64,000 bases of DNA from an uncultured Spirochaetota bacterium (GTDB taxonomy: Bacteria; Spirochaetota; Spirochaetia; SZUA-6; Fen-1364). The position numbers and the translations under genes are program-made. Position 1 is the stretch's first letter. Every line of letters begins with the position of its first letter. Below the pieces are notes generated by a model, which searched no databases, was not told where the DNA came from, and was given only the letters and a program-made list of their open reading frames with translations. Shown piece by piece: positions 39,015 through 48,630 of this stretch. The stretch lies in assembly GCA_963734545.1 (NCBI GenBank), contig CAVTHO010000005.1:608001-672000 (forward strand), read 5' to 3'.

Positions 39015-40559
39015 TCAGCCGGTTCTCGCCGGCACTCCAAGAAGCCGAAGATGCTTGTCCATGTGCGCTTCAACCGCGGCGTAATGGGTCTCTTCATTAC
39101 GCGCAAGGGTCGCGAAGAAACCTCCGCGGATTTCCGGATCATTCAACAGCCCGCCGTAGGTAATGTGGAGAAGCTGGCGCGAGTCGTTCGCCTCCATGTA
39201 TCGCTCCAGGTCGGAATCCGCGCAGGTCCGCGCATCCGGGATTGCACCGAGGTTTGTCGTGACATGATAGAGCTTTGTCGCTTCCTCGAAGCTCGCGAAA
39301 GCCTTGCCGAGCATCGCGCGGAAGAGTGCCGGGTTCGTCCGCGCAATGACCCGCACGGCCTCGAGCCAGCTCGTGCCGGCCGTTTTCAGATGCAGCCGCA
39401 TTCCCGTGTGCCGGCCGATGGCGGGGTAGACGCTGAACTTGTCGCTTCCCGAGTGGATGGAGATCTTGTAGCCGCCGTAGCGCCTGGCAATCGCGCAATG
39501 CACCTCGAACTGCCTCTCGAACTCCGCTGTGTCGCCGATGTAGTCGATTCCCTTCTGGAACTCCCCGATGAAACGAGGGGCAAGAGAGCTGACGGCAACA
39601 CCACGCCGGCCCAGCTCGCTCGCAATGAAGAAATGGTGGGCGGGAAGCGTCGGAGCGGTCGTCTCATCGATACTGATCTCCAGGTCGTAGCTGTCGCCGC
39701 GTTTTTCCTTCAGATGCCGGTCCACGTCCCGGGCAAAGTCCAGCGCGCGTCCGTACATCAGGGCGCAGCGTTCGGCCTCCGACGGCGCGAATGTGACCGT
39801 GGACCCTGAAAGCGCGAAGGACCTGCCGGCGTATTCATCCTGCACGTGCCGCCGGGTCCCTTTTTCGAGCTTCCCGAACTCGACGGCGATCCTGTCCTCG
39901 CTCCATGACGCGGGCTCGGGAGACATCACTTCCGTGAGATCGAGCGTGATCATGGGCATGCGCGCCGCCAACGCGACGTCGATGTCCCTGATCGTCTTCA
40001 GATGGTCCCCATCGGCGCCGTACCCCCGTTCATAGCCCTCCTGGAACACGAGGAATGTCGCGTCCGCTACAACGCCCGGGTAGTCGCGCCGGGTAAGCGT
40101 GAGCTCGCGGATCGACTGCTGGGCGAGCACGGGATACACGTCGTACTTCACCGCCGCGCGCACGTGGCCGGGGGTCGCGAGTCCCAGGCGGTCGCCGCAC
40201 CCGATCGTCGTTTTCCTGTCTCGAAGCGACACAGGCGCGGTGAACGGAAAGATCTCGTGCAGGCGCTCCGCGTTCTCCGGCGAAAGGTCCGCCTTCACCA
40301 TGTGCAGGCCGGCGCTCTGCGCGCGTGCGCCCCGGAACATCGTCGTGAGAGGTCGCGGAGATGCGAGGTACAGGTTCTTTTCCACTCCCGCGGCGGCGAC
40401 AAAATAGAGTGTCGAATCGCGCAGATACAGCGAGCGCCGGTAGATGCGCATGTCTCTGCTCCCGATCCATGGCGCGCCGGCAGCTTTCAGCGCATCGAGT
40501 CGTGCCGGGTCGATTTTGTCGAGCCCTGACGCGATGATCAAGTCCGCGATATTCTCCAT
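39015..40559 (-). CDS. uxaE: Tagaturonate/fructuronate epimerase
   Basis: GCGDRLGLATPGH, AQQSIREL, GADGDHLK, EISIDET, GEFQKGIDY, HSGSDKF, HLKTAGTSWLEA. Confidence 0.92.
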   Translation of the reverse strand: MENIADLIIASGLDKIDPARLDALKAAGAPWIGSRDMRIYRRSLYLRDSTLYFVAAAGVEKNLYLASPRPLTTMFRGARAQSAGLHMVKADLSPENAERLHEIFPFTAPVSLRDRKTTIGCGDRLGLATPGHVRAAVKYDVYPVLAQQSIRELTLTRRDYPGVVADATFLVFQEGYERGYGADGDHLKTIRDIDVALAARMPMITLDLTEVMSPEPASWSEDRIAVEFGKLEKGTRRHVQDEYAGRSFALSGSTVTFAPSEAERCALMYGRALDFARDVDRHLKEKRGDSYDLEISIDETTAPTLPAHHFFIASELGRRGVAVSSLAPRFIGEFQKGIDYIGDTAEFERQFEVHCAIARRYGGYKISIHSGSDKFSVYPAIGRHTGMRLHLKTAGTSWLEAVRVIARTNPALFRAMLGKAFASFEEATKLYHVTTNLGAIPDARTCADSDLERYMEANDSRQLLHITYGGLLNDPEIRGGFFATLARNEETHYAAVEAHMDKHLRLLGVPARTG

Positions 40560-40598
40560 GGGACTCCTCTGGTAGTATTCTGACATAGGGAGCGGAAC

Positions 40599-41873
40599 AT
40601 GATCTACTACGCGCGCGGCTCGGAGCGCGAGGTGATGACCGACGACATGCTGCGCGCCGGGCTTTCAGAGGCGCTGGGCAAGCTGGGGAAGAGAGTGCGC
40701 GTCCTTGCCGTGCCTCCCGACATCACCCGGTTTCATTCGCGCGCCGGGCGCATCACCGAAATGGTGAGTGATTACTACGGCGATGCGCTCTGCGACGTGC
40801 TGCCGGCAACCGGAACGCATTTCGCCCTTACCGAGGAGGAAAGACACAGGATGTTCGACCGGGTGCCCCCGCATCTGTTTCGGGTCCACCGGTGGAAGGA
40901 GAATCTCGTCACTCTCGGCCGCGTGCCCGCTGACCTCATCCGCAGGGTTTCCGAAGGAATGCTTTCCTTCGACTGGCCGGCCCAGGTGGACACTCTCCTG
41001 GCCCGGGGAGGACACGACCTCATCCTTTCCATAGGCCAGGTCGTGCCGCACGAGGTCATCGGCATGGCCGGTTACAACAAGAACATCCTGATCGGCACGG
41101 GCGGCGTCGAGGCGATTCACAAGAGCCACTACCTCGGCGCCGTCTACGGCATGGAGCGGATGATGGGCCGCACGGATACTCCTGTCCGCGCGGTGCTCGA
41201 CTATGCGGCGGACCACTTCACGAACAGCCTGCCCATCGTGTACGTGCAGACAGTGGTCGGCCGGGAAGAGGACGGCAGTCTTGCGCTGAAGGGGCTGTAC
41301 GTGGGAGACGACATCGAGGTCTACCGCCGGGCGGCCGCGTTATCCATCAGGGTGAACCTCACGCTGGTGGAAGAGCCCCTGGAAAAGGTCGTCGTGTACC
41401 TCGATCCCAATGAGTTCAAGAGCACCTGGCTGGGGAACAAGGCGATCTACCGCACCCGCATGGCCATTGCCGACAACGGTGAGATCGTGGTCCTTGCGCC
41501 GGGGGTTCGCCAGTTCGGGGAGGACCCGGGAATCGACGCGCTCATTCGGAAATACGGATACTTCACGACCCCGCGAGTCCTGGAGCTGGTGAAGGAGAAC
41601 GAGGACCTGAGAGAGAGCCTGGGCGTGGCGGCTCATCTCATTCACGGGTCCTCGGAGGAGCGCTTCACCGTCACGTATTGCCCGGCAGGGCTCACGAAGG
41701 AGGAGGTCGAGAAAGCAGGTTTTCGCTATGCTCCCCTCCAGGAAATGATGCAGCGCTACGATCCCGCCATTCTTCGCGACGGGTGGAACGACCTTCCCGG
41801 TGGAGAGCGCATCTACTATGTTTCAAACCCCGCCGTCGGGCTCTGGGCTTCCCGGGGCCGGTTCGCCGGCTAG
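40599..41873 (+). CDS. LarA-family (DUF2088) epimerase, GntE-like
   Basis: PPDITRFHS, ATGTH, VVPHEVIGMA, EFKSTWLGNKAIYRTR, HLIHGSSE. Located between uxaE and gnd. Confidence 0.8.
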   Translation: MIYYARGSEREVMTDDMLRAGLSEALGKLGKRVRVLAVPPDITRFHSRAGRITEMVSDYYGDALCDVLPATGTHFALTEEERHRMFDRVPPHLFRVHRWKENLVTLGRVPADLIRRVSEGMLSFDWPAQVDTLLARGGHDLILSIGQVVPHEVIGMAGYNKNILIGTGGVEAIHKSHYLGAVYGMERMMGRTDTPVRAVLDYAADHFTNSLPIVYVQTVVGREEDGSLALKGLYVGDDIEVYRRAAALSIRVNLTLVEEPLEKVVVYLDPNEFKSTWLGNKAIYRTRMAIADNGEIVVLAPGVRQFGEDPGIDALIRKYGYFTTPRVLELVKENEDLRESLGVAAHLIHGSSEERFTVTYCPAGLTKEEVEKAGFRYAPLQEMMQRYDPAILRDGWNDLPGGERIYYVSNPAVGLWASRGRFAG

Positions 41874-41903
41874 ATGCGGCAGCGAGTCAGACAAGGAGAG
41901 ACC

Positions 41904-43357
41904 ATGGAAAAGAAGGCCGATTTCGGACTGATAGGGCTCGCCGTCATGGGAGCGAACCTCGTGCTCAACATCAATGACCACGGATATTCGGTCATCGTGT
42001 TCAACAGGACCGTGTCCAGGGTCGACGAGTTCCTGCAGCAGGCCGCGCGAGGACGGAAGACCATCCATGGCGCACACACGATGGAGGAGTTTATCGCCGG
42101 CCTGCAGCGGCCGAGAAAGATCATGCTTCTCGTCAAGGCAGGCGAGGCGGTGGACCAGACCATCGAGCAGATTCTTCCCCACCTGGAGCCGGGGGATCTC
42201 ATCATCGACGCCGGCAACTCCCACTTTCCGGACACCATCCGGCGAACAAGGTACCTGGCGGACAAGGGACTTCTTTTCATCGGCACCGGCGTGTCCGGGG
42301 GGAGGAGGGAGCGCGCAGGGGACCTTCGATCATGCCCGGGGGCAACCCGAAGGCGTGGCCCCTGGTGAAGGAGATCCTCCAGGCTGTCGCTGCCCGGGTG
42401 GACGGCATTCCCTGTTGTGACTGGGTGGGAGAGGACGGCGCGGGCCACTACGTGAAAATGGTCCACAATGGGATCGAGTACGGCGACATGCAGCTCATCT
42501 GCGAGGCCTACCAATGCATGAAGGACGGGCTGGGCATGGGACATGACGAGATGCACGAGGTCTTCGCCGACTGGAACAAGGGGGAGCTGGACAGTTACCT
42601 CATCGAGATCACGAGCAGGATCCTTGCCTTCCGGGATGAGCGCGGCGAGCCGCTTGTGGAGAAGATCCTCGACACCGCCGGACAGAAAGGCACCGGAAAA
42701 TGGACGAGCGTCAATGCGCTCGACCTGGGCATCCCGGTGACCCTGATCGGTGAGGCCGTTTTTGCCCGCTGTCTCTCCGCGATGAAAGACGAACGCGTCA
42801 TCGCGTCCAGGTCCCTGCCGGGGCCGTCGGGGAGATTCCCCGGCGCGCGGAAAGAAGCCGTCGAGGACATCCGCAAGGCGCTCTATGCATCGAAGATCGT
42901 CTCGTACGCGCAGGGCTACATGCTGATGCGGGAAGCGGCGAAGGAATATCACTGGAACCTGAACTACGGAGGGATCGCGCTCATGTGGCGGGGGGGGTGC
43001 ATCATCCGGAGCGCCTTTCTGGGAAAGATAAAGGAGGCGTTCGATCGCAACCCGAACCTCACGAACCTTCTCCTCGACCCCTATTTCCGGAAGGCAATCG
43101 AGGACTGCCAGGAATCGTGGCGCCGGACCGCTGCGCGAGCGATCGAAGGGGGAATTCCGATTCCCGCGTTTTCCACCGCGCTCAGCTTCTACGACGGCTA
43201 CAGGTGCGGCCGGCTCCCGGCCAACCTGCTTCAGGCGCAGCGTGACTTCTTCGGCGCGCACACCTACGAGAGGGTCGACACGCCGCGGGGAAAATTCTTC
43301 CACACGAACTGGACGGGAGAGGGGATGGATGTCGCATCGGGGCAATACAACGCCTGA
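41904..43357 (+). CDS. gnd: 6-phosphogluconate dehydrogenase, decarboxylating (frameshift in G-run ~42300)
   Basis: [42 protein letters not shown]. Confidence 0.95.
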
Positions 43358-43387
43358 GAGCGCGCGCCGCACGCCGAGGCAGCGGGC

Positions 43388-44161
43388 GTGAAGGAGATTC
43401 GCCGCATCCGCCTGCAGTACCGGGCGACGGACACGCACTGCGAGATCCCTCTGGGAGACGAATCCGGCACGGCACCCGGCCGGCACGCCATCATTTCACT
43501 CGCCCGCGCGGGCGACATGTCGATCTTGCGCCGTCGGGACCTGCCGTGGAGGACCCGCCTCTTCTCGTCGCTGGGGCTCGCGGAAGAGCGCGTCTTCGGC
43601 CTGCGGCAGGTGCATTCACAGGAAGTTGTCGTCGTGCACGAGCAGCAGCCGGAGGCCTTTGCCGGCACAGAGGCCGACGGCATGATCACGGACCGCCCGG
43701 ATGCCGTGCTCTCCGCCACCGTCGCCGACTGCCTGCCCATTTTCCTCCTCGACAAGGGCAGCGGCGCTTTCGGCCTCGTGCATTCAGGCTGGAAGGGCAC
43801 CGGCATCGTGGTCAAAGCGCTGCGGGCAATGGGCGACAGATACGGGACGCACCCGCCCGACGTCGCGGCGACGATCGGCCCCGGCATCGGACCCTGCTGT
43901 TACCGGGTCCCGGAGGAAAGGGCCGCGCTCTTTGCCCGGCAGTTCGGCGCGGCGACGGTTGTGCGCGGCCGGGACGGCACGCCGCGCCTGGACTTGCGAG
44001 AGGCGAACATCGCATTGCTCCGTGATGCCGGAGTGGAGACGATGACAGTCGTGGACGACTGCACGAGCTGCTCGGAGGCCCTCGGCTCTTTCCGGCGCCA
44101 GGGGCCCGAGGGCTACTGCTTGATGCTTGCGTGCATAGGCCGCTGGGGGAGGGGAACATGA
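43388..44161 (+). CDS. pgeF: PgeF/YfiH laccase-domain protein
   Basis: QVHS, ADGMIT, VADCLPI, HSGWKG, IGPGIGPCCY. Confidence 0.85.
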   Translation: MKEIRRIRLQYRATDTHCEIPLGDESGTAPGRHAIISLARAGDMSILRRRDLPWRTRLFSSLGLAEERVFGLRQVHSQEVVVVHEQQPEAFAGTEADGMITDRPDAVLSATVADCLPIFLLDKGSGAFGLVHSGWKGTGIVVKALRAMGDRYGTHPPDVAATIGPGIGPCCYRVPEERAALFARQFGAATVVRGRDGTPRLDLREANIALLRDAGVETMTVVDDCTSCSEALGSFRRQGPEGYCLMLACIGRWGRGT

Positions 44162-44574
44162 TCTACCAGAGGGAATTCGCGATGCAGACCGCGGGACATC
44201 GGGACATGAAGGACATCGGCGCGGAAGTGGAACGGCTCGTGGCAGGCTCGGGCATTGCCACGGGAACGGCGCACGTCTTTGTCGTGGGCAGCACGGCAGC
44301 GGTGGGGGCCATCGAGCTGGAGCCGGGACTGGCCGGAGATCTGCCCGAGCTGCTCGACCGCCTGGTTCCCCCCAGCCGCTCCTACGGCCACGAGCAGGCC
44401 TGGCATGACGGCAATGGCCACTCGCACCTGCAGGCCACGTGGCTGGGTCCGTCCATCACGGTGCCCGTCTCCGACGGCAGGCTCTCCCTCGGCCAGTGGC
44501 AGCAGCTCTTTCTCCTGGAATGCGACGTGAAGCCGCGCCGCAGGACCCTTGTCGTCACCATCATGGGGGAATAA
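44158..44574 (+). CDS. yjbQ: YjbQ/UPF0047 family protein
   Basis: GSTAAV, NGHSHL, LGQWQ. Confidence 0.88.
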   Translation: MIYQREFAMQTAGHRDMKDIGAEVERLVAGSGIATGTAHVFVVGSTAAVGAIELEPGLAGDLPELLDRLVPPSRSYGHEQAWHDGNGHSHLQATWLGPSITVPVSDGRLSLGQWQQLFLLECDVKPRRRTLVVTIMGE

Positions 44575-44639
44575 GGGCTCGGTGCCCGAGCAACCAGGGC
44601 TCGGTTCCCGAGCAGCCAGGGCTCAGAGCCCGAGCAGGA
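44574..44639. repeat. 3 x 22-bp tandem repeat with internal hairpin between convergent genes
   Basis: AGGGCTCGGTGCCCGAGCAACC / AGGGCTCGGTTCCCGAGCAGCC / AGGGCTCAGAGCCCGAGCAGGA. Confidence 0.85.
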
Positions 44640-45219
44640 GAGGGAGCTCCCGGAGAGTCGCCACCGTGAAGTCGGGGGCCGGCTGCATCGGCGGCGCGGC
44701 GCGCCCGTTGGTCAGAAACGCGGTGCGGGCGCCCGCCGCCCTTCCCGCCTCCATGTCGAATACGTAGTCGCCGACCATCAGCACTTCCCCCGGTGCCACG
44801 CCGAAGAGCTGCGCCGCGTGCAGGACGCCGTCCGGGTGAGGTTTGTGCCTGCCCGGGCTCTCGCGGGTGAGGATGAGGTCAAAATCAGTTTCCCGGCAGG
44901 TCGGAAAGTTCTTCATTGCTTCCCGGATCGAGCTCCGGCTGTTCCTGCTGAGTATTCCCCGGGGGACGCCTCTGCGTGACAGCAGCCCGATCAGCTCCTC
45001 CGCGCCGTCGTTGGGTACCGAGGCACGCGCCGCGGCCAGCTCGAACTCGTCCAGGGTCCGCTGCGCATCACGCCGCGCATCCTCGGTCGGAAGGGACTGG
45101 ATGAACTCGAGGATGAACGACTGCGGAGGACAGCCCAGGAGCCGCCGCAGCTCGCCGAAGTCGATAGCCTCGGGCCGGGTAAGGGTGCCGTCGAAATCGA
45201 ACAGGACGGCGCGGATCAC
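44623..45219 (-). CDS. HAD-superfamily hydrolase
   Basis: FDFDGTL, KPHPDG, VGDYVFD. Confidence 0.9.
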   Translation of the reverse strand: MIRAVLFDFDGTLTRPEAIDFGELRRLLGCPPQSFILEFIQSLPTEDARRDAQRTLDEFELAAARASVPNDGAEELIGLLSRRGVPRGILSRNSRSSIREAMKNFPTCRETDFDLILTRESPGRHKPHPDGVLHAAQLFGVAPGEVLMVGDYVFDMEAGRAAGARTAFLTNGRAAPPMQPAPDFTVATLRELPLLLGL

Positions 45220-46385
45220 GGTCTGGTCTCCGTGGAGACTTCCCGCCTGAGCGCCTCGGCTTTGTCCGTCCTTTCCCAGGTGAAGTCGGGATCCTGCCTG
45301 CCGAAATGGCCGAACACGGCGGTCTTCCGGTAGATCGGCCGCCGGAGGTCAAGTGAAGCGATGATCTCCTTCGGCGTGAGGGGAAAATGTCTTCGCACGA
45401 GCGCCTCGAGCTCACGCTCGTCACGCACGCCGGTGCCGAACGTGTCGATGAATATGTTTGTCGGGCTGGGCTCTCCTATGACGTAGGAGAGCTGGATTTC
45501 GCACCGCCGCGCGAGGCCGGCCGCCACGAGATTCTTGGCGATCCAGCGCGCGGCGTAGGCGCCCGATCGGTCCACCTTGGAGGGGTCCTTTCCCGAAATG
45601 GCCCCGCCGCCGTTGCGGGCCATGCCTCCGTAGGTGTCCACGATGAGCTTTCTTCCCGTCACCCCGGTATCCGCCTCGGGGCCGCCCACCGTGAAGGTGC
45701 CTGCCGCATTGACGTATGTGCGCGTGTCCGAATCGTACAGCGCCCCGCAGACCGGCTTGATCACCTTGTCGAGGATTTCCTGGCGCAGCCGGCTCTCCAC
45801 GATGCTCCTGCCGTGCTGCTGGGCGATCACTACGGCGGCCAGGCGAACGGGCTTTCCGTCCCTGTACGTGAGAGTTGCCTGGCTCTTGCCGTCAGGCCCC
45901 AGGTCCGGGATGAGCTTCTCCCGTCGCACAACGGCCAGGCGCATGCAGAGCCGGTGCGCAATCATGATGGGGAGCGGCATCAGCTCGGGGGTCTCGTCGC
46001 ACGCGAAGCCGAACATCATGCCCTGGTCTCCGGCTCCCTGCGGCTTTCCCCGCGCGCCATCCACGCCCTCCGCGATCTCCCGGCTCTGCGCGTGGAGGGA
46101 AACCCACACGCCGGCGTCCTGGCAGTCGATACCGAACTCGGGGTTCGTGTAGCCGACCTCTTTCAGTATCTGTCGCGCGATGCCCTGCACATCGGCGAAC
46201 CCGGTGGTGGTGACCTCCCCCGCCACGTGGACGCTGCCGGTCGTCACCATGCACTCCACGGCAACGCGGGAATCAGGATCCTGCGCGATCAGGCAATCCA
46301 GCAGCGCGTCCGCGATCTGATCGCAGAGCTTGTCGGGGTGCCCCTCGTTCACTGACTCCGAGGTGAAATTGAAATCCTTCTGCAT
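45216..46385 (-). CDS. metK: S-adenosylmethionine synthetase
   Basis: FTSESVNEGHPDK, GAGDQG, TGRKLIVDTYGG, SGKDPSKVDRS. Confidence 0.93.
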   Translation of the reverse strand: MQKDFNFTSESVNEGHPDKLCDQIADALLDCLIAQDPDSRVAVECMVTTGSVHVAGEVTTTGFADVQGIARQILKEVGYTNPEFGIDCQDAGVWVSLHAQSREIAEGVDGARGKPQGAGDQGMMFGFACDETPELMPLPIMIAHRLCMRLAVVRREKLIPDLGPDGKSQATLTYRDGKPVRLAAVVIAQQHGRSIVESRLRQEILDKVIKPVCGALYDSDTRTYVNAAGTFTVGGPEADTGVTGRKLIVDTYGGMARNGGGAISGKDPSKVDRSGAYAARWIAKNLVAAGLARRCEIQLSYVIGEPSPTNIFIDTFGTGVRDERELEALVRRHFPLTPKEIIASLDLRRPIYRKTAVFGHFGRQDPDFTWERTDKAEALRREVSTETRP

Positions 46386-46449
46386 CGGCGCTATATTCTC
46401 ACATTCGACGGAAAAGGTACCGTATGGTACAGGAAGGCGGGGAGCGAGC

Positions 46450-47121
46450 ATGCGCAAAGTCATGTTCATGACGGCTTTGCTCGCGGCGCTGGCCGCGGCA
46501 GCCGCGTTTGCCTTTGATCCCGGCGAGCTGAACAGGATCACATTCCAGAATTCAACGGGAACGAAAATCGAGACGATCTTTCTCTCCCCCTCCGACAGCG
46601 AGTACTGGGGACCTGACATCATGGGGGCCGATTTCGTGGTGAAGGACGGAGGGTCGCTCGGTTATTACATTCACTACCCCGAAAAGACATTCAATTTCGA
46701 CATCATGGCAACCGACGAGGCCGGGCACATGTTCGAGGTCTACGATTTCGTGGTAACGGACGGCAAGGAAGCAACGATCACCCTGACGCAGAAGAACCTG
46801 AACAGCAAGGCGCCGGAGTTCACCTTCGCCACCCTGAAAATCACCAACAATACCGACCACGAGATGCAATACCTCTTCATCTCTCCTGATGATTCGGACG
46901 CGTGGGGAGTGGACCTCCTGGACGAGGAGACGACGCTCGCCGCGGGAGACACGCACAGCGTCGTGATTCCCATCGGGAAGGACAAGGTCACCTACAATCT
47001 CATGGCCGCCGATGAGAACAACGATGAATACGTATTCGATCTGGCGATTGATCCGGCGAAGGGCAAGGATTTCAAGGCGGCCATCGACGCCGGGGATTTG
47101 AAGCCGGCGGAGGAAGAGTAG
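46450..47121 (+). CDS. Secreted acidic hypothetical protein with two internal repeats
   Basis: Signal peptide; NSTGTKIETIFLSPSDSEYWGPDIM resembles NNTDHEMQYLFISPDDSDAWGVDLL. Confidence 0.75.
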   Translation: MRKVMFMTALLAALAAAAAFAFDPGELNRITFQNSTGTKIETIFLSPSDSEYWGPDIMGADFVVKDGGSLGYYIHYPEKTFNFDIMATDEAGHMFEVYDFVVTDGKEATITLTQKNLNSKAPEFTFATLKITNNTDHEMQYLFISPDDSDAWGVDLLDEETTLAAGDTHSVVIPIGKDKVTYNLMAADENNDEYVFDLAIDPAKGKDFKAAIDAGDLKPAEEE

Positions 47122-47156
47122 CGTTTTCCGTCACTATACGCTACACTTCTGACGGC

Positions 47157-48623
47157 ATGCGTGCGGCTGTTTCCACCGAGCATGTTCCCGAAAAACTCCC
47201 CCTGTGGAAGCTCATCATCTTCGCCCTGGGCCAGCTCGGCTGGTCCCTCGCCTCCTACGGCGTGAGCAACCTCATCATGTACTTCTACATGCCTCCCGAG
47301 ACGGCGGCCGCCACGAGGATCTTCCCTCCCTTCATCTTCGAGGGGGCCATTCTCGGCGTCCTCACGATCATCGGCATCATCAATTTCGGCGCGCGCTTCT
47401 TCGACGCGGTCACCAATCCCATCCTCGCCTCCTGGTCGGACCGGTCCCGCTCCCGTCTGGGGCGGCGGCGGTTCTACATGGCGTTGAGCGCCGCTCCCTT
47501 TGCCGTGTTTTCCGTGCTCGTCTTCATTCCGCTCAGGCATTTCCAGCAGAACCCGAGCCCCTCGGCAAGCTGGATGAATATCGCGTGGCTCGCCGTCACG
47601 ATCCTCCTCTTCTACTTCTTTTTCGTGATGTACACGGCGCCGTACAATGCGCTCATCAGCGAGCTGGGCCACAATCCGAAGGAGCGCCTGGTCATCAGCA
47701 CGGTGATCGGGGTCACCTGGTCTCTGGGGTTCGCGGTAGGGAATTTCGTCTACGAATTCCAGGGAGCTTTCGAGCACGCCGGAATGGATTCCATCAGCGC
47801 GTTTCAGATCGTGGAGATCATCTTCGCCGGACTCGCCCTCGTGCTCATGCTGCTGCCGGTCTTCTTCCTGAACGAGCGCCGGTATGCCGCCTATTCCGTT
47901 TCGAAGGAGGGGACCTGGCAGGCGCTCAAGTCGTCGCTTTCCAACAGGAACTTCACGCGCTTCCTCGTGAGCGAGCTGCTCTACAATGTGTGCCAGACGA
48001 TCATCCAGATGGGCATCGTCTACTACGTGGTGACCCTCCTGGGGCTGGAGAAGGAGCTCACCTCCTTTCTCATGATTCTCATGTTCGTCTTTTCCTTTGT
48101 CTTCTACCCCTTCATCACGATGGCGGCGGTCAGGTGGGAAAAGAAGCGCGTGCTCATCTTCGGATTTGCGCTCCTTGCCGTGCTGTTCGTCGCGTTCTCC
48201 CTGATGGGCATCCTCCCCCTGCCCGGGCTGGTATTCGCCATCGTGGCGGTCGTGGTGGCCGCTGTCCCGATCGCTATCTTCACCATCGTCCCGAACGCCG
48301 TCGTGGCGGACATTGCGGAGGCGGACGGAATCGAGACGGGGAATTTCAAGGCGGGGATGTTCTTCGGCGTGAGGTCCTTCGAGAGCAACCTCGGAATTTC
48401 CATCGCGAACATCCTCTTTCCCTCGCTCCTGACCCTGGGCATGTCCGTGCAGCACCCTGTCGGCATCAGGATGAGCGCAATCGTCTCCGTCTTCATCTGC
48501 CTGGCCGGTATGGCGGTGTTCTTTCTCTACAGCGAGAGGGACGTCCTGAAAAGCCTCGCGAAGAAAGAGAAGCTCTCCGCGGCGGAGATGAAGACCATAG
48601 GGGAGGAAGCGGACGGACGCTGA
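47157..48623 (+). CDS. MFS glycoside-pentoside-hexuronide (MelB-like) transporter
   Basis: RFFDAVTNP...SDRSRSRLGRRR, PYNALISEL. Confidence 0.88.
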   Translation: MRAAVSTEHVPEKLPLWKLIIFALGQLGWSLASYGVSNLIMYFYMPPETAAATRIFPPFIFEGAILGVLTIIGIINFGARFFDAVTNPILASWSDRSRSRLGRRRFYMALSAAPFAVFSVLVFIPLRHFQQNPSPSASWMNIAWLAVTILLFYFFFVMYTAPYNALISELGHNPKERLVISTVIGVTWSLGFAVGNFVYEFQGAFEHAGMDSISAFQIVEIIFAGLALVLMLLPVFFLNERRYAAYSVSKEGTWQALKSSLSNRNFTRFLVSELLYNVCQTIIQMGIVYYVVTLLGLEKELTSFLMILMFVFSFVFYPFITMAAVRWEKKRVLIFGFALLAVLFVAFSLMGILPLPGLVFAIVAVVVAAVPIAIFTIVPNAVVADIAEADGIETGNFKAGMFFGVRSFESNLGISIANILFPSLLTLGMSVQHPVGIRMSAIVSVFICLAGMAVFFLYSERDVLKSLAKKEKLSAAEMKTIGEEADGR

Positions 48624-48630
48624 GCGAGCC

